Origin: Clostridia bacterium
Lineage (GTDB): Bacteria; Bacillota; Clostridia; TANB77; CAG-508
Assembly: GCA_017528375.1 (NCBI GenBank)
Contig: JAFXOY010000124.1
Location: 20,209-84,208, forward strand
Length of the DNA: 64,000 nt
Reading direction: 5' to 3'
Below the pieces are notes generated by a model. The model had not been told where the DNA came from, did no database searches, and worked only from the letters and a program-made list of their open reading frames with translations. A program made the translations under genes and the position numbers. This document shows, piece by piece, positions 11,945 to 23,953 of the stretch. Positions within the stretch are counted from its first letter, which is position 1; each line of letters starts with the position of its first letter.

Positions 11945-12622
11945 ATGGCTAGTGGAATTGAAAAGATATTTATTTAGGCGGTCAAACAACCAACTCAAGA
12001 TTTAAAGAAAAAATAGTTAAATAAATTTATTATAGAAGTAAAAAAACTTAGAGATCAAATAGATAAAATGCAAGAAACAATGTTATTTTATGAGAACGAA
12101 AGGAAAAGATTAATATCTTTAGGTTTTTCTAAAGAAACGGCTTCTCATTATATGTTAAATGCTTAGCATCTTGATATTGGTCAATTTTATCAATAGGGTT
12201 AGTTGCAAGAAAAAGCTTTGTAGGGTTATTAGCTTATTCAAAAACTTAGACAACAATTAACTAATGAACCAATTGTTTATCAAATTGGTATTGGATCTAA
12301 AAAGAAAGAGAAATTACTTGAAACAACAATAACGTATGATGAATTAGAACCAATGTTTTATATGGAGAGACGTGCGGATGGTTATGCTATTAGAATTAAA
12401 TTATCTCAACGTAAAATTATGTAGTTAAACAAAGAAAGAAAAGCTAAATTTAAAACTGAAGTTGATACGGTTAATATTTTTACAGCTGGAGCGAGCACTC
12501 TTTATTCATAGGTATATAGATATTTTTCAAACAATAGATTAACTCAGAAGGGTAATTGGGGTAACTTTTACTAGGTATATAGAAGTTTAGTACATTCTAG
12601 TCCAGAAGGTAACAAATGGTAA
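11945..12622 (+). CDS. Hypothetical tail-module protein (225 aa)
   Basis: ATG 11945 to TAA 12620-12622, with about 9 in-frame TAG. Confidence 0.5.
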
Positions 12623-12640
12623 CCTCCTGTAGAAATAATA

Positions 12641-12946
12641 ATGAATTCTTTTAAACGTGTTTTATCTGGAGGTGGAACAAGTGGAAGTTTTGCTACGGGT
12701 GGAGACCAAGGTTTAGAACAAGATAAGGCTTCTTTTGGTAGTAATCCTACTTTAACTAGTGTTAATACGATTATAAATACTTTGGATTCTTTAATAATAA
12801 GTTTATAGGATTTTATTAACACTAGTAACGATGCTAGATTAATAAAACTTTTCACTGGTATAAATTTAAATAAAGAGATAGTAGATATAGGGAAAGAATA
12901 CGCTATAGACAGTCTTAGAAGTTAGTTAAATAAATTCTTAACTTGA
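12641..12946 (+). CDS. Hypothetical tail-module protein (101 aa)
   Basis: ATG 12641 to TGA 12944-12946, with 2 in-frame TAG. It is in the same frame as the preceding gene. Confidence 0.45.
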
Positions 12947-12971
12947 CAACTTAAAAAATTTATGCTATAAT
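12943..12971 (+). promoter_or_regulatory. Consensus sigma-70/sigma-A type promoter
   Basis: TTGACA (12943-12948), a 17-nt spacer and TATAAT (12966-12971). The TGA stop of the upstream gene lies inside the -35 box. Confidence 0.7.
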
Positions 12972-13030
12972 AGAATTACAAGAGAAACAGGAAAAACAAA
13001 ACAAAAGAAAAAAGGAGTGGAGTTTAAAAT

Positions 13031-13555
13031 ATGAAATATTCAGAATTAAATTTATCTCAAAATACTGATGTTAATTTTGTAAAAATTGGAGATACTGAAA
13101 TTGAAGTGTTACAATATTTACCAATTGAAGATAAAATTGATTTAATTGATATTGCATTACAAAACGCAAAAGAAAATGGTATATATGATGAAATGAAATT
13201 AGATATGTATTTTAATTTATATCTTGTTTTTATGTATACTAATTTAGAGTTTAGTGATGAAGAGCGGGCGGACCTCGCTAAATTGTATGATGAACTGGAA
13301 TCTAATGGTGTCTTTCTGGATATTATAGAGGCGATGGACTAGGATGAATATAATAATTTAATAGATTATCTGGAAATTATGAAAGAAAATAACTAGGTTT
13401 ATATGACTAGTGCGGCCGCCCTTTTACAATCCTTTATCCAGGACCTTCCACAGAATGCAGCGACTGCCGCAGAAATAGTTGATAATTTTGATAAAGAAAA
13501 ATATAAAGAAGTTGTTGAATTTGCACAAAGTGCCAATGGGGGTAGACCCATTTAA
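13031..13555 (+). CDS. Tail assembly chaperone candidate (positional call)
   Basis: ATG 13031 follows GGAG. Track ORF 13031-13342 extends through 2 TAG to TAA 13553-13555. It is an acidic 174-aa protein immediately upstream of the tape measure. Confidence 0.45.
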
Positions 13556-13580
13556 TTGGACAGATTTAATTAAATTTTAA

Positions 13581-13618
13581 TCCTTTGATATTATACATAA
13601 TATCAAAGGATTTTTTTT
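13581..13618 (+). terminator. Rho-independent terminator
   Basis: TCCTTTGATATTAT / ATAATATCAAAGGA stem with a T8 run. Confidence 0.7.
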
Positions 13619-13655
13619 GTATAATTTTAATAAAAATTATAAGGAGGGATAAGGA

Positions 13656-16600
13656 ATGGCTACTAAAAATGGTGGTACAATTAGATTTGGTATCTAGTTT
13701 GATGTTAATAAATCATCTTTAAACTAGATAACCAAACAGCTTCAAGCTATACAAACAGCGGCTACGTCCAACAAAGATAGTGGACTGGCTAAGCAGTTTG
13801 ACTAGGCGGCGTCCGCAGCTAGGAAGCTTGAACAAATTGTAAATAGTTCATGGAATCATAAACTAGATCAATTAAATTTAAATAAATTTAATCAAAGTGT
13901 AAAAACTTCCTTTGGTAGTGTTCAGAATTTAAAAAACCAGTTAGTTGCAAGCGGAGCGTCTGGACAAGCTGCCTTTAATACTCTTGCTCATTCTGTTTTA
14001 AATACGAATGTATAGTTACGTTAGAGTAATACTTTACTTGATAGTATGGCTGTATCAATGAAGAATACTATTAAGTGGGGAATTACAGCTAGTATTTTTA
14101 ATAAAATAACTGGTTCTATTCAGCAGGCTTTTTATTATGCTAAAGATTTAAATACTTCTTTAACTGATATTAGGATGGTAACTGGAGCAAGTGCAGATGA
14201 AATGTAGCGCTTTGCTAAAACTGCTAACGATGTTTCTAAATCACTTGGTAGATCTACTCTTGATTATACAAGAAATGCTGTAGAATATTATCGTCAAGGT
14301 TTAACAGATGAATAGGTTGCAAAAAGAACTGAAGTTACATTAAAAGCTCAGAATATAACAGGCGCCGGAAAATAGATGGTTGATTATTTAACGGCTGTTT
14401 GGAATGGATTTAAAATTAATACTGAAGGTGCAGAGCAGGCTGTTGATTCTCTTGCTAAAGTTGCAGATAGTAGTGCATCAAATATGTCATAGTTAGCAAC
14501 TGCTATGTCCAAAGTTGCTGCAACTGCTAATGTTGTTGGAGTAGATTTTAATCAGTTAAATGCTATGATTGCTACTGTTGTAGCAACAACAAGATTGGCA
14601 CCTGAATCTGTTGGTACTGCATTTAAAACTGTTTTTGCTAGAATTAATGATATTAAAACTGGGGCAGAAGATGCAGAAATTAGTCTTGGTAATTATTCAG
14701 GAAGAATGCAATCTTTAGGTATTAGTGTTTTAGATACTGCTGGTAGATTACGTAATACTGGGGATGTTATTACTGAAGTTGGTTAGAAATGGAAAACTTT
14801 AACTAAAGAACAACAAACTTATTTAGCTGCTACTATGGGCGGTCAAAGACAGATTACTCAAGTAATGGCTTTGTTTGATAATTGGGAACAATATGTAAAA
14901 TTATTAAATACTTCTTTATAGGCTAACGGAACATTAAATCAGAAAAATGATATTTATCTTGAATCCATGGCGGCTCATATGTAGCAACTATCTACTGAAG
15001 CAGAAAGAATGTATAAGGCTTTAATAGATACAGATGCTATTAATCCTTTAATTGATGCATTAAAAGGCGCTTTAGGATTATTTAATAATTTTATTGAAGG
15101 TATTGGTGGTGGAACCAATGCTTTTATTAATCTTGGTGCTATTGCCGCCAACATTTTTAATAAACAAATTGGCGCTGGTATAAATAATGTTATTCAAAAT
15201 ATTGAGAGATTAAAAAGTAATTTAGCACAGGTTCAAGCTCAAAAAGAGTGGAGTAAATAGGCTTTAACAATGGCTTCAATAAACCACTCTACAAATAAAG
15301 ATAATATTTCTCAAAATGCATTAGAAAAATAGGCTCAAATTACACAAAGAACTTTATAGATTAGAAAAGCATTAACACAAGAACAATATAATCAAGTACA
15401 ATAGGCACAGCGTCAGATTGGACTTCAACAAACTCAAGTAGATTATATAGAAAGTTATAAACAGAATTTAAAAGAAGCTGGAATTAATCAGGAAAGCACT
15501 TTGGGTGTCGTTGAAAGACAAAGAGATAATTTAGAAAGCGTTATTGCTTTAACAAAGGATGTAAAAATTGATTTACAAGAAATTGCTTTATCTTCTAATG
15601 ATACAAACACTTTATTTAATTTATGGATAGAAAATTTAGATGAAATAAATAATAGATTAAGAGAAGCAGGAGTTTCAGAAGAAAATATTGATCAAATTAA
15701 TGAGTAGGTTTTAGATGCTATTGCTAATCAAGAATTTTCATTAACAAAAATAAATGAAATTTTAAATAATCATGGAGTAAATATTAAAGAAAATGAAAAA
15801 GCTTACAATAATTTAGTTGAAGCCGCTCGAAAAATGTCCATGATACAAGATGGAACTCTAGATAAAACAAAACAATAGATTTCATTAAGGTAGCAATTAG
15901 TAAAAAAAATACAAGATAGCGCACAGCGTTTAAAGACAATTCAAGGTTTAGTTAGAGGTTTAACAGGGGGCGTTCAAGCTGCTAGTGCTTTAATTGGAGG
16001 AATTTCTACTGGTATTGATAAGTCTGCAACAGCTTCATAGAGATTAAATGGTATCTGGCAGGGGCTTTCTGGAACAGTCGGCGGAATTGCAAATATTTTC
16101 TTACCTGGCTCTGGAATTTTGGTTCAAGGTATTTTTAGTTTAATCCAAGGAGGTTTAAATCTTTTAGGAGTATGGGACGATATTGAATTTGCAATAATGT
16201 CTTCCTAGGAAAAAATAGCAAAAGTAAGACAAGATTTATCGGATATTTCTAATGAAACCAATCCACATAAACGAAATATAGCTTCGTTGGAAGATAATGT
16301 TGAAGAGTTTGAAGAATTATATAATAAACGAAACCGTTTGACAGATGAATAGACCGAAAGATATCATGAACTAATAAATGAATTTACTCAATATAATGAT
16401 GCTGTTATAGCAGGGTATGATGCTCAAGGAAATGTTATTATAGATCATCAAGAAGCATTACGTGAAACAATTCAGTTATAGCGAGATGCAGCAAGGTAGG
16501 CAGCACAACGTGTCTTTGCTGAGAGTGGTGGCGGTAAAGATTATGCGGCTAGATTGGATAACACTGCAACTGCTCAAGCATCCGGATTTGCCTAGGCTGA

Positions 16601-19600
16601 ACAAAATATGTTAAATCTTTCGGCGACTGCGCCGACAAAGGCTAGACAATTAAAAACTTTATTGGATGTTTAGGGAGAATCTCCTTTTAATTTATAGGCT
16701 TTTTTAAACGATACTGCTTGGGAAAGTTATTACGCCAAACTTGAAGAAACCAATGCTTTTCAAACAGATTATTTTAAATAGCTTGGTTTCTAGAATGTTG
16801 AATCATTAAAAAATGCCATTACTGATGTTGTAAATGAATATTAGAATATTGAAACAGACGAATAGGCAGAAGAGATAAAAAATAAATTAATTGCTATTTG
16901 GAAAGCCTTCGCTGGAGCTGCTCGGCTTTAGGAGGACGAGGTTACTTAGAATATTATTAAATAGGCTCTTGTTACTTTAAATACGGCTTTATTAGAAGGC
17001 GCAGATTAGGCGACTGAAGCAAATGCTGCTTTGGATATAGCAGCTGATGAATTAGACAGGGTTTCTGAAGGATTAGAGTTATATTATGATAATATCTTTA
17101 ATTTATTAAAATATGGTCCAGACGGAGCAAGTGATGCTTATCAAGAATTATAGAAATCAAAATATTATGATTCGAGTCTTATAGACAATGCTTTAATGGA
17201 GTATTTAAAAACTTTTAAAGCGAAGGCAGAAGGTTGGGGACAAGACGTATTAGATTAGGCAAATAGATTATCTGATAATCAGGGGTTACAGCGAGCAGGA
17301 GAAGCTTTTATAAAAGCTATGCTGTCTACTTTAACGGTAGTTTCTCCAAATATTGATCAAGCTAAAAAACAATTGGCTTAGTTTGATGGTAATTTAAATT
17401 AGTATAACGAAGAGGTTATTAATGTTATTAATTAGATAATTAAAGACAGTTATACTGATTAGGAATTATAGAAATTAACTTAGACGCAGGTGGCAGCCCT
17501 ACAAGAGCTTTTATAGAAAATTTTTAATATAGATAATTTATAGATAAATTTAGATAATATTAAAGATGGTCAATTTGTTGAACAAATAAAAACAGAAGAG
17601 TAGGTTTTGAAAGAAGACTTACAAAATGCTTTAATTGAAACGTTTGGTGATTTAACAATTTCTCCTCAAAATTTAGGTTTTAGTATAAATTTACAAGGAT
17701 TAGATTTTAATTTAGATAGCTTAGAAAATGCAGATTTAGAATTATTAAAATAGCATTTTTCAGAATTAGATTTTTCAGAATTAATCTATCGTATGGCTAA
17801 GGAAGCCGAAGATCCGGCAGAAGCTTTTCATGCTGTTTTTTAGAAGTTAAAAAGTGATGTTTAGGGACTAGGAGAGGTAACATCAGATATAGGATTTTCA
17901 GATCTTTATGATGACGGCTGGGAAAAATTATTAAAAGCCGTTTAGAGCGGAGATGCATTATCTGAAAGTCAAGAAAATATATTAAATATTTTATAGCAAC
18001 AAGACTCTGTTTTAAAAGATTAGATAAGAGGGTCTGATGAGTATAATAAAAGATTAAAGACCCAAAAGACTGAAGCTTAGTAGATATATCAAAAGGAATT
18101 AGAGCGCAATAAGCAAATTCTATTACGTAGAAAAACTGTTCTTCAATTCATGTCACTCTTTGGATAGGAAGAAAAATATGCTTCTGAAATATTGCAAATC
18201 GAACAATAGTTAGCAAATATTTAGTATGAAGAAATTAGAATTGAACGAGATCAAAATTCTTAGTTATAGCAACGTAAAAAAATAGAAGAATAGATTTTAA
18301 AACTTAAACAAGAACAAACTGATAAAGATATTTCTGCAGTTAAAAACACCAAGGATACTGTTAAACATTTAAAAGACAGTGATGAAGATATAACTACCCA
18401 GGATTATGCTACAATGCTATTCTGGGAAAATAGAAATAGTGATCTGGCGGCTTTGGCTGGAGCGGACGGTGCTGGTCGTTTTTCATAGGCATACTTAGAT
18501 AAATTAAAGTAGTTATCAAAGGGTCAAGACGCTATTTTATCGGATTTATATTCTGATGCAGTAGAATAGGCATAGCAAGCTGTATTACTTGCTCAAGAAA
18601 ATTTAAATTAGATAAATAAAGAAATAGTCAGTACAACTGAATATAATCAAGCCAAATCTAGGCAAGGAGCGGGTCAATAGCTTGAGGGAGATTTAGAACT
18701 TATTGCCTCATATGAGAATCAATCTGAATTAATATCAAAGCAAACTGATGCTACGCAAAAATTAGAACAAGCTCAGCTTGAGTTGGCAGAGGCCCAGGGC
18801 TTAGCGGCAGAAGCGGCAAGAGAATAGAATATACCTTTATCTTAGTTAATAACTACTTTTGAATCTTTATCAGATAAAATTAGTTCTGCTGGTTTTATGC
18901 ATCCTTTAGAGGGTGACGATTTAACTTAGTGGGAAACTACTTTAGATAAGATTCTTTAGAGATATAGGGAATTAGGTCAATTAACTCCAGAGTTATAGTC
19001 TGCTATTTCTCTTCTTCATCTTACTGAATTATCCGGGACTAAAGAATATTAGGCAGCTTTACGTGAGGTGCAGCATACTTTCCATGAATTAAGATAGGAA
19101 GAATTATTGGCTCAATCTGAAAAGGCTGGAGAAAATCTTGCTAATAGTATTGTTTAGATTGATATTGAAAGCGACTTTGATAAATTTAAAGATGAAGTTG
19201 AAGAATTTTTAAATATCGAAAGAGAATTAATTATTAATGTTCATTCAGATGCAGAAGATATTTTTGAAAACCTTCAAAATTAGATGGAGCGGATTTATGA
19301 TGCTTCTTCTAAAATAGGCTAGAATTTTGTAGTTGCGGCAGATGACATCCGTTAGTTAAATGAAGTTTTTCCTGGTATAATTGAGGGGATGGAAGATCTT
19401 GGCGACGGAACGGCGCGATTAAATCAAGAAGTTGTTCAATAGGCTTTAGCAGGTATTAAACAAGTCGTTTAGGCTGACGCTCAAAGTGTTAACGCTCAAT
19501 TAGAATCTCAAGCTGCTTTACTTGACGCTAAAGCGGAAATGTATGGTCAAGCAGCTGAGGCTGCGGGAAGGCTGGCTCAAGCATAGACAACTGGGGCATA

Positions 19601-22600
19601 GATGTCTGCTCAAGACCAGGATGCAGTCTATGAAGCTTTAATGCATGCTAAGGCAGATAAGGCGGCTGATAGTGCAACTAGTTAGGTTGATAGTGCATAT
19701 GAAGCGGCTCAGCAAACCGCGGAAGCTGCTCAGCAGTCTGCATCAGAACAAGCTAGAATTTCAGATTAGTTAGGAACCGTTGTTTCATAGAACATCGCTT
19801 CTGCAGCATAGAGCAGTTTAACCAGCATGAGTGATGCTGCTTAGAATATTACAACTAATTTTAGCTAGGAAGCAAATGCTTCTAATCAACTTGGTGCTGT
19901 TATGGCTGCTAACATGGCTTCTTCGGCTCAGTCTCAAGCAGCTGCAATATCTGCATTGGCGCAAAGTGCGATCCAGAGTTTTAATGCAATAGCGGCCGCC
20001 AATAGAGGGGCTGCAAATGGACAGGTTGTTCGTGGTTCAGTAGGAGGCGCACCATATGTATATAGTTATGGAGGTGCTGGCGGCGGAGGCGTGTCTCAGG
20101 GCGTCTCAAGAAGAAGTATTTCTTCAACATACAGCGGGTCCCAAGGAAATATTGGTGCTACAAACATTTCTCAAAACGCAAAAGCAATAACTTCTACATA
20201 CGGGGCTAATTCTGCAGCTATTGCTGGAGCAAATAGCCAATTAAGTATGTTGGGCTTAACTGGATAGATTGGCGCAGATGGGAAGTATTATTCAAGTCAT
20301 CAAGAAGCTGTGAAGTCTGCTATTGAAGGTAGTGGTAAAACATATGCAGAAATAGCAGAGATGTTTACACAACTTAAGACTGCAGCCTAGGCTGGAGCAA
20401 ATAGTATTCGTGGTATGATTCAAGAAAATTCTTTAGATTTGTCAGGATTAGAGAAAGAACTTGGATCTGCGGCGGGCGGTCGTCCAAAGTCTAGTAAAGG
20501 CGGAGGTGGCGGTGGAGGTGGCGGAGGCAAATAGCCTGACGTCATGTAGCCTTCGGAATAGATAGTAGACCGCTACCACGATATTGATATGTAGCTCAAG
20601 ATGATTGCTGTTGACCTTGATAAATTATAGGAAGAGCAAGAAAGAGCGTTTGGTAAGGATTTAGTAAAGAATCTTAATAAACAGTTAGATGCATTAGAGC
20701 ATCAAAATGCTGCATATCAAACAAGACTTGAAATAACCCAAAAAGAAGCCGCAGAGATGCGTGCTCTTTTAGCTATGCAAGGTACCACTTTTGATGAAGA
20801 TGGTCTAATTAGTAACTTTGCAAATGTTATGTCTTCGAAATTAGCTGGCGTAAATGCGACGATAGATTATTATAATAGTCTCTCGGCTTAGGAGCAGGAG
20901 GCATATAAAGAAACAGTAGAAGCTGCTAAAGAGGACTACGAACATTTTAAAGAACAAATTGAACATTACGATGAATTAATTTCTGAAACGATTCCGGAAT
21001 TTGAGAAAAATATTCGTGACAATTTAAATAAGAGAATTGAAATTCAAGTTTCAAAATTTAAAATGTCTGTAGAGATTGAATTAGATCTCGCTAAAGCTGA
21101 AAAAGACTGGAATAAATTTAGAAAGAAAGTTATAAATCAGATTCGTCAAGATGATATCCTTGGTAATACTAAAGCATTATTTGAAGATTTAGCCACTTAT
21201 TATAGTGACGGTGGATTAAATGTTATTGGTGCTTTAACGAATCAATTAAATGGTACTTTAGACCAGTTGCATCAAATTGATACTTTTGGAACATCTTCTG
21301 TATATGGAGATAATAAATCTAAAGCGGTTGAAGATTTAAAAACATTTTTAGATGAATTAATTAGTAATTTAGAAGATGTTGAAGACCTTAATGATGAAAT
21401 TGAAAATTCTATTTTTGATGCTATTGATAAAGCACAAGATGCTTTTGATGACCAGGTAGATACTTTCGAACACATATCAGATGTATTAGACCATAATGTT
21501 AAATTGGTTAAAATGTTATATGGAGAGTAGGCTTACGATGCTCTTGGAAAATATTATTAGCTTCAAGAGGCTAATAATAATTAGCAATTAGATTTCTTAA
21601 GGCAACAAAAACAGCTTTGGTATGATAGGATGATGCTTGAATACCAGCGTATGAATGAATTAGAGCCTGATTCTGATGAAAGAAAGAAAGTTGAAAAAAG
21701 GTTTAAATAGTATAAATAGCATTGGATGAAGAGTACGAAAGAGTTAAATTCTTTATTAGAGTCTTCTGTTCAAAATATTATTGATAAATACGCTAATGCT
21801 ATTAATAATATATTTAATAATTTAAACAAGAGATTAACTGGCGGGAGAGGATTAGAATATATATCTGAAGAATGGTAGTTAATTAATAAAGAAGCTGATA
21901 TGTATCTCGATAGAGTTAACTCTATGTACGAAATAGAAAAACTTCAAAACGCTTTTAGAGATGCTATTAATGATAATGAGGGTAATATTAAGGCGCAACA
22001 ATCGTTAAATGATTTAATGTAGGAAGAGTTAAAATACTTACGAGATAAAGATAAGTTAACTCAATATGATGTTGATAGAGCAAACGCTTTATTACAAATT
22101 GAAATCAAACGATTAGCTTTACAAAATGCTCAACAAAATAAAACTAAATTACGATTAAGAAGAGATTCTCAAGGTAATTATAGTTATCAATATACGTCTG
22201 ATTAGGGCGCTATCGCCAAATCTCAGGATTAGTTAGCTTAGGCTCAAAATAATTTATATAATTTAACTAAAAATGCCTATAAGAGTAATTTACAAAGTTT
22301 CTATGATATTTATGAAGAGTGGGTTAATAAGGTTAAAGAAGTCTAGAATAGAAATGATTTAGATTCTGAACAAAAGGCTGCAAGAAGAGCAGAATTAACT
22401 GAACACTATGGTAATATAATTAATGGTATATTATCTTAGAATGAACAACTTCGTCAGTTTTTAACATAGGATACATTCAATGAATTATTAAGAATGTATC
22501 TTAATGATATTGAAAACTTTAGATTTAAATCTGAAGAAGAAAAAGCTATTTTTTAGAGATTAGTTGAGTCAATAAAAAATGATTCCTCTATTATGTCTTC

Positions 22601-23837
22601 TGCTTTAGTAACAGATATGGGCAATGCTACTACAGCGATGGCAACAAACATGAATAATGCTACTATAGCAATGGCATTATCTTCTTTAGAAATGAGAGAT
22701 AAAGTTAAGGAGTATTTGGATAGCTTGACAGAATATTAGAAAAATACAGTAATGAGCAATATGGTTTTATACTGGAATTCTGGTATTCAGAGCATGATGG
22801 ATACTATAATTGGTGAGGGCGGATTTAGTATAGTTGTTAAAAGCTGTTTTACAGAACTTGAAAGAGCTGCTTTGTAGTTTGAAAAGTCGTTAAGAGATTT
22901 AGCGGCAAAAGCAGGAGTTAGCTTAGGAGACATTGATAGTTTATTAAAGACAGATGTTGGTGAAACTAAGGCTTTAATAAAAGAAAATGAAACTTTAATT
23001 AAAAAATATGGAGATGAAATTTCTACTATTGGAGATTTAATTGAGAAAGTAAAAGGCTTAACAGAGAAATACGGTGATGCTAAACAAGCAGCTATTGATG
23101 CGGCGACTGAGGCTAAAAAATACTGGGAGGCTGAACAAAAGGCTGCTCAGGATGCTGCGGAGTAGGTAAGAAAAGCTACTTAGGCAAAGAGTAAGTATAA
23201 CGAAAGTGGATATAATGGAACAGTTGGTGCTACTGTATAGGCGCCGTCTTCTTCTCCTTCTAACGGGGGCGGAGGTGGATCAGCGAGTTCTGGAGGAGGT
23301 TCTGCCGCAGTTGCTGGAGCAGCTTCAATAGGCTACACTTATTATATAAGAGGTTGGAATGCAAGTGGGGTTTATAAAAGATAGGGACCATTAACAAAAG
23401 GAGCAACAGATGCTTTTCCAACAGTTGGATGGAAGCCAAATATAGAGGTTACTCGTAGTGATGGACAAAGACGTTATTTTGGACCAGGACAAGTTTACGG
23501 TTTTAAAACTGGCGGTTATACAGGAGACTGGTCTGGTACAGATGGTAGATTAGCCATGTTACATCAAAAAGAATTGATTTTGAATGCAGAAGATACGTAG
23601 AATATTTTGAAAGCAGTTGATGTAACAAGGATGATTGATGATATGTTATCTAGTATAGGAACCAATGTAAATATGGCAAATATATTAAGTAATACAAATA
23701 CTTCAGATGGCGGACTGTTAGATCAAAATGTACATATTACTGCTACATTCCCGAATGTTACAAATCATGCTTAGGTAGAACAAGCATTAGAAACTTTAGT
23801 TAATAGAGCAAGTCAATATGCTTTTAGAAACAGATAA
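13656..23837 (+). CDS. Tail tape measure protein, about 3393 codons (TAG read as sense)
   Basis: ATG 13656 follows AGGAGGG. Track ORFs at 14505, 15009, 15501, 19902 and 21063 are all in the same frame. My manual read found only TAG interruptions (roughly 110-120) up to TAA 23835-23837. A TP901-type TMP core is present (SKVAATANVVGVDFNQLNAMIATVVATTRLAPESVGTAFKTVFARI), along with a typical C-terminus (GGYTGDW..LHQKELILNAEDT). Confidence 0.75.
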
Positions 23838-23840
23838 GAA

Positions 23841-23875
23841 AGGAAGGAGATTAATCTCCTTCCTTTTTCTTTTTG
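23841..23875 (+). terminator. Rho-independent terminator after the tape measure
   Basis: AGGAAGGAGA / TCTCCTTCCT stem followed by TTTTT. Confidence 0.75.
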
Positions 23876-23953
23876 GACAATATAATATAATATTTATTTA
23901 TTATTTTTGATTGTTTATATAAAAATGAGAGAAAAGGAGGAACCTAAGATAGT

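Noticed and set aside
12620-12643. Genes 11945-12622 and 12641-12946 are in the same frame, separated by TAA plus six codons. This could be a read-through or fusion product analogous to the G/GT tail-chaperone pair.
   Set aside because: There is no evidence that TAA is read through anywhere else, the second ORF has its own ATG, and I saw no slippery heptamer. Kept only as a note.
13618-13625. Extended -10 element TGTATAAT just upstream of the tape measure RBS.
   Set aside because: There is no recognisable -35 box, and it overlaps the T-run of the preceding terminator. It may be functional but is unsupported.
20499-20528. The (GGN)10 tract encoding ten consecutive glycines in the tape measure could be a slippage-prone phase-variation site.
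   Set aside because: The codons are mixed (GGC/GGA/GGT) rather than a homopolymer or perfect repeat, so slippage is unlikely. More probably it is a flexible linker.
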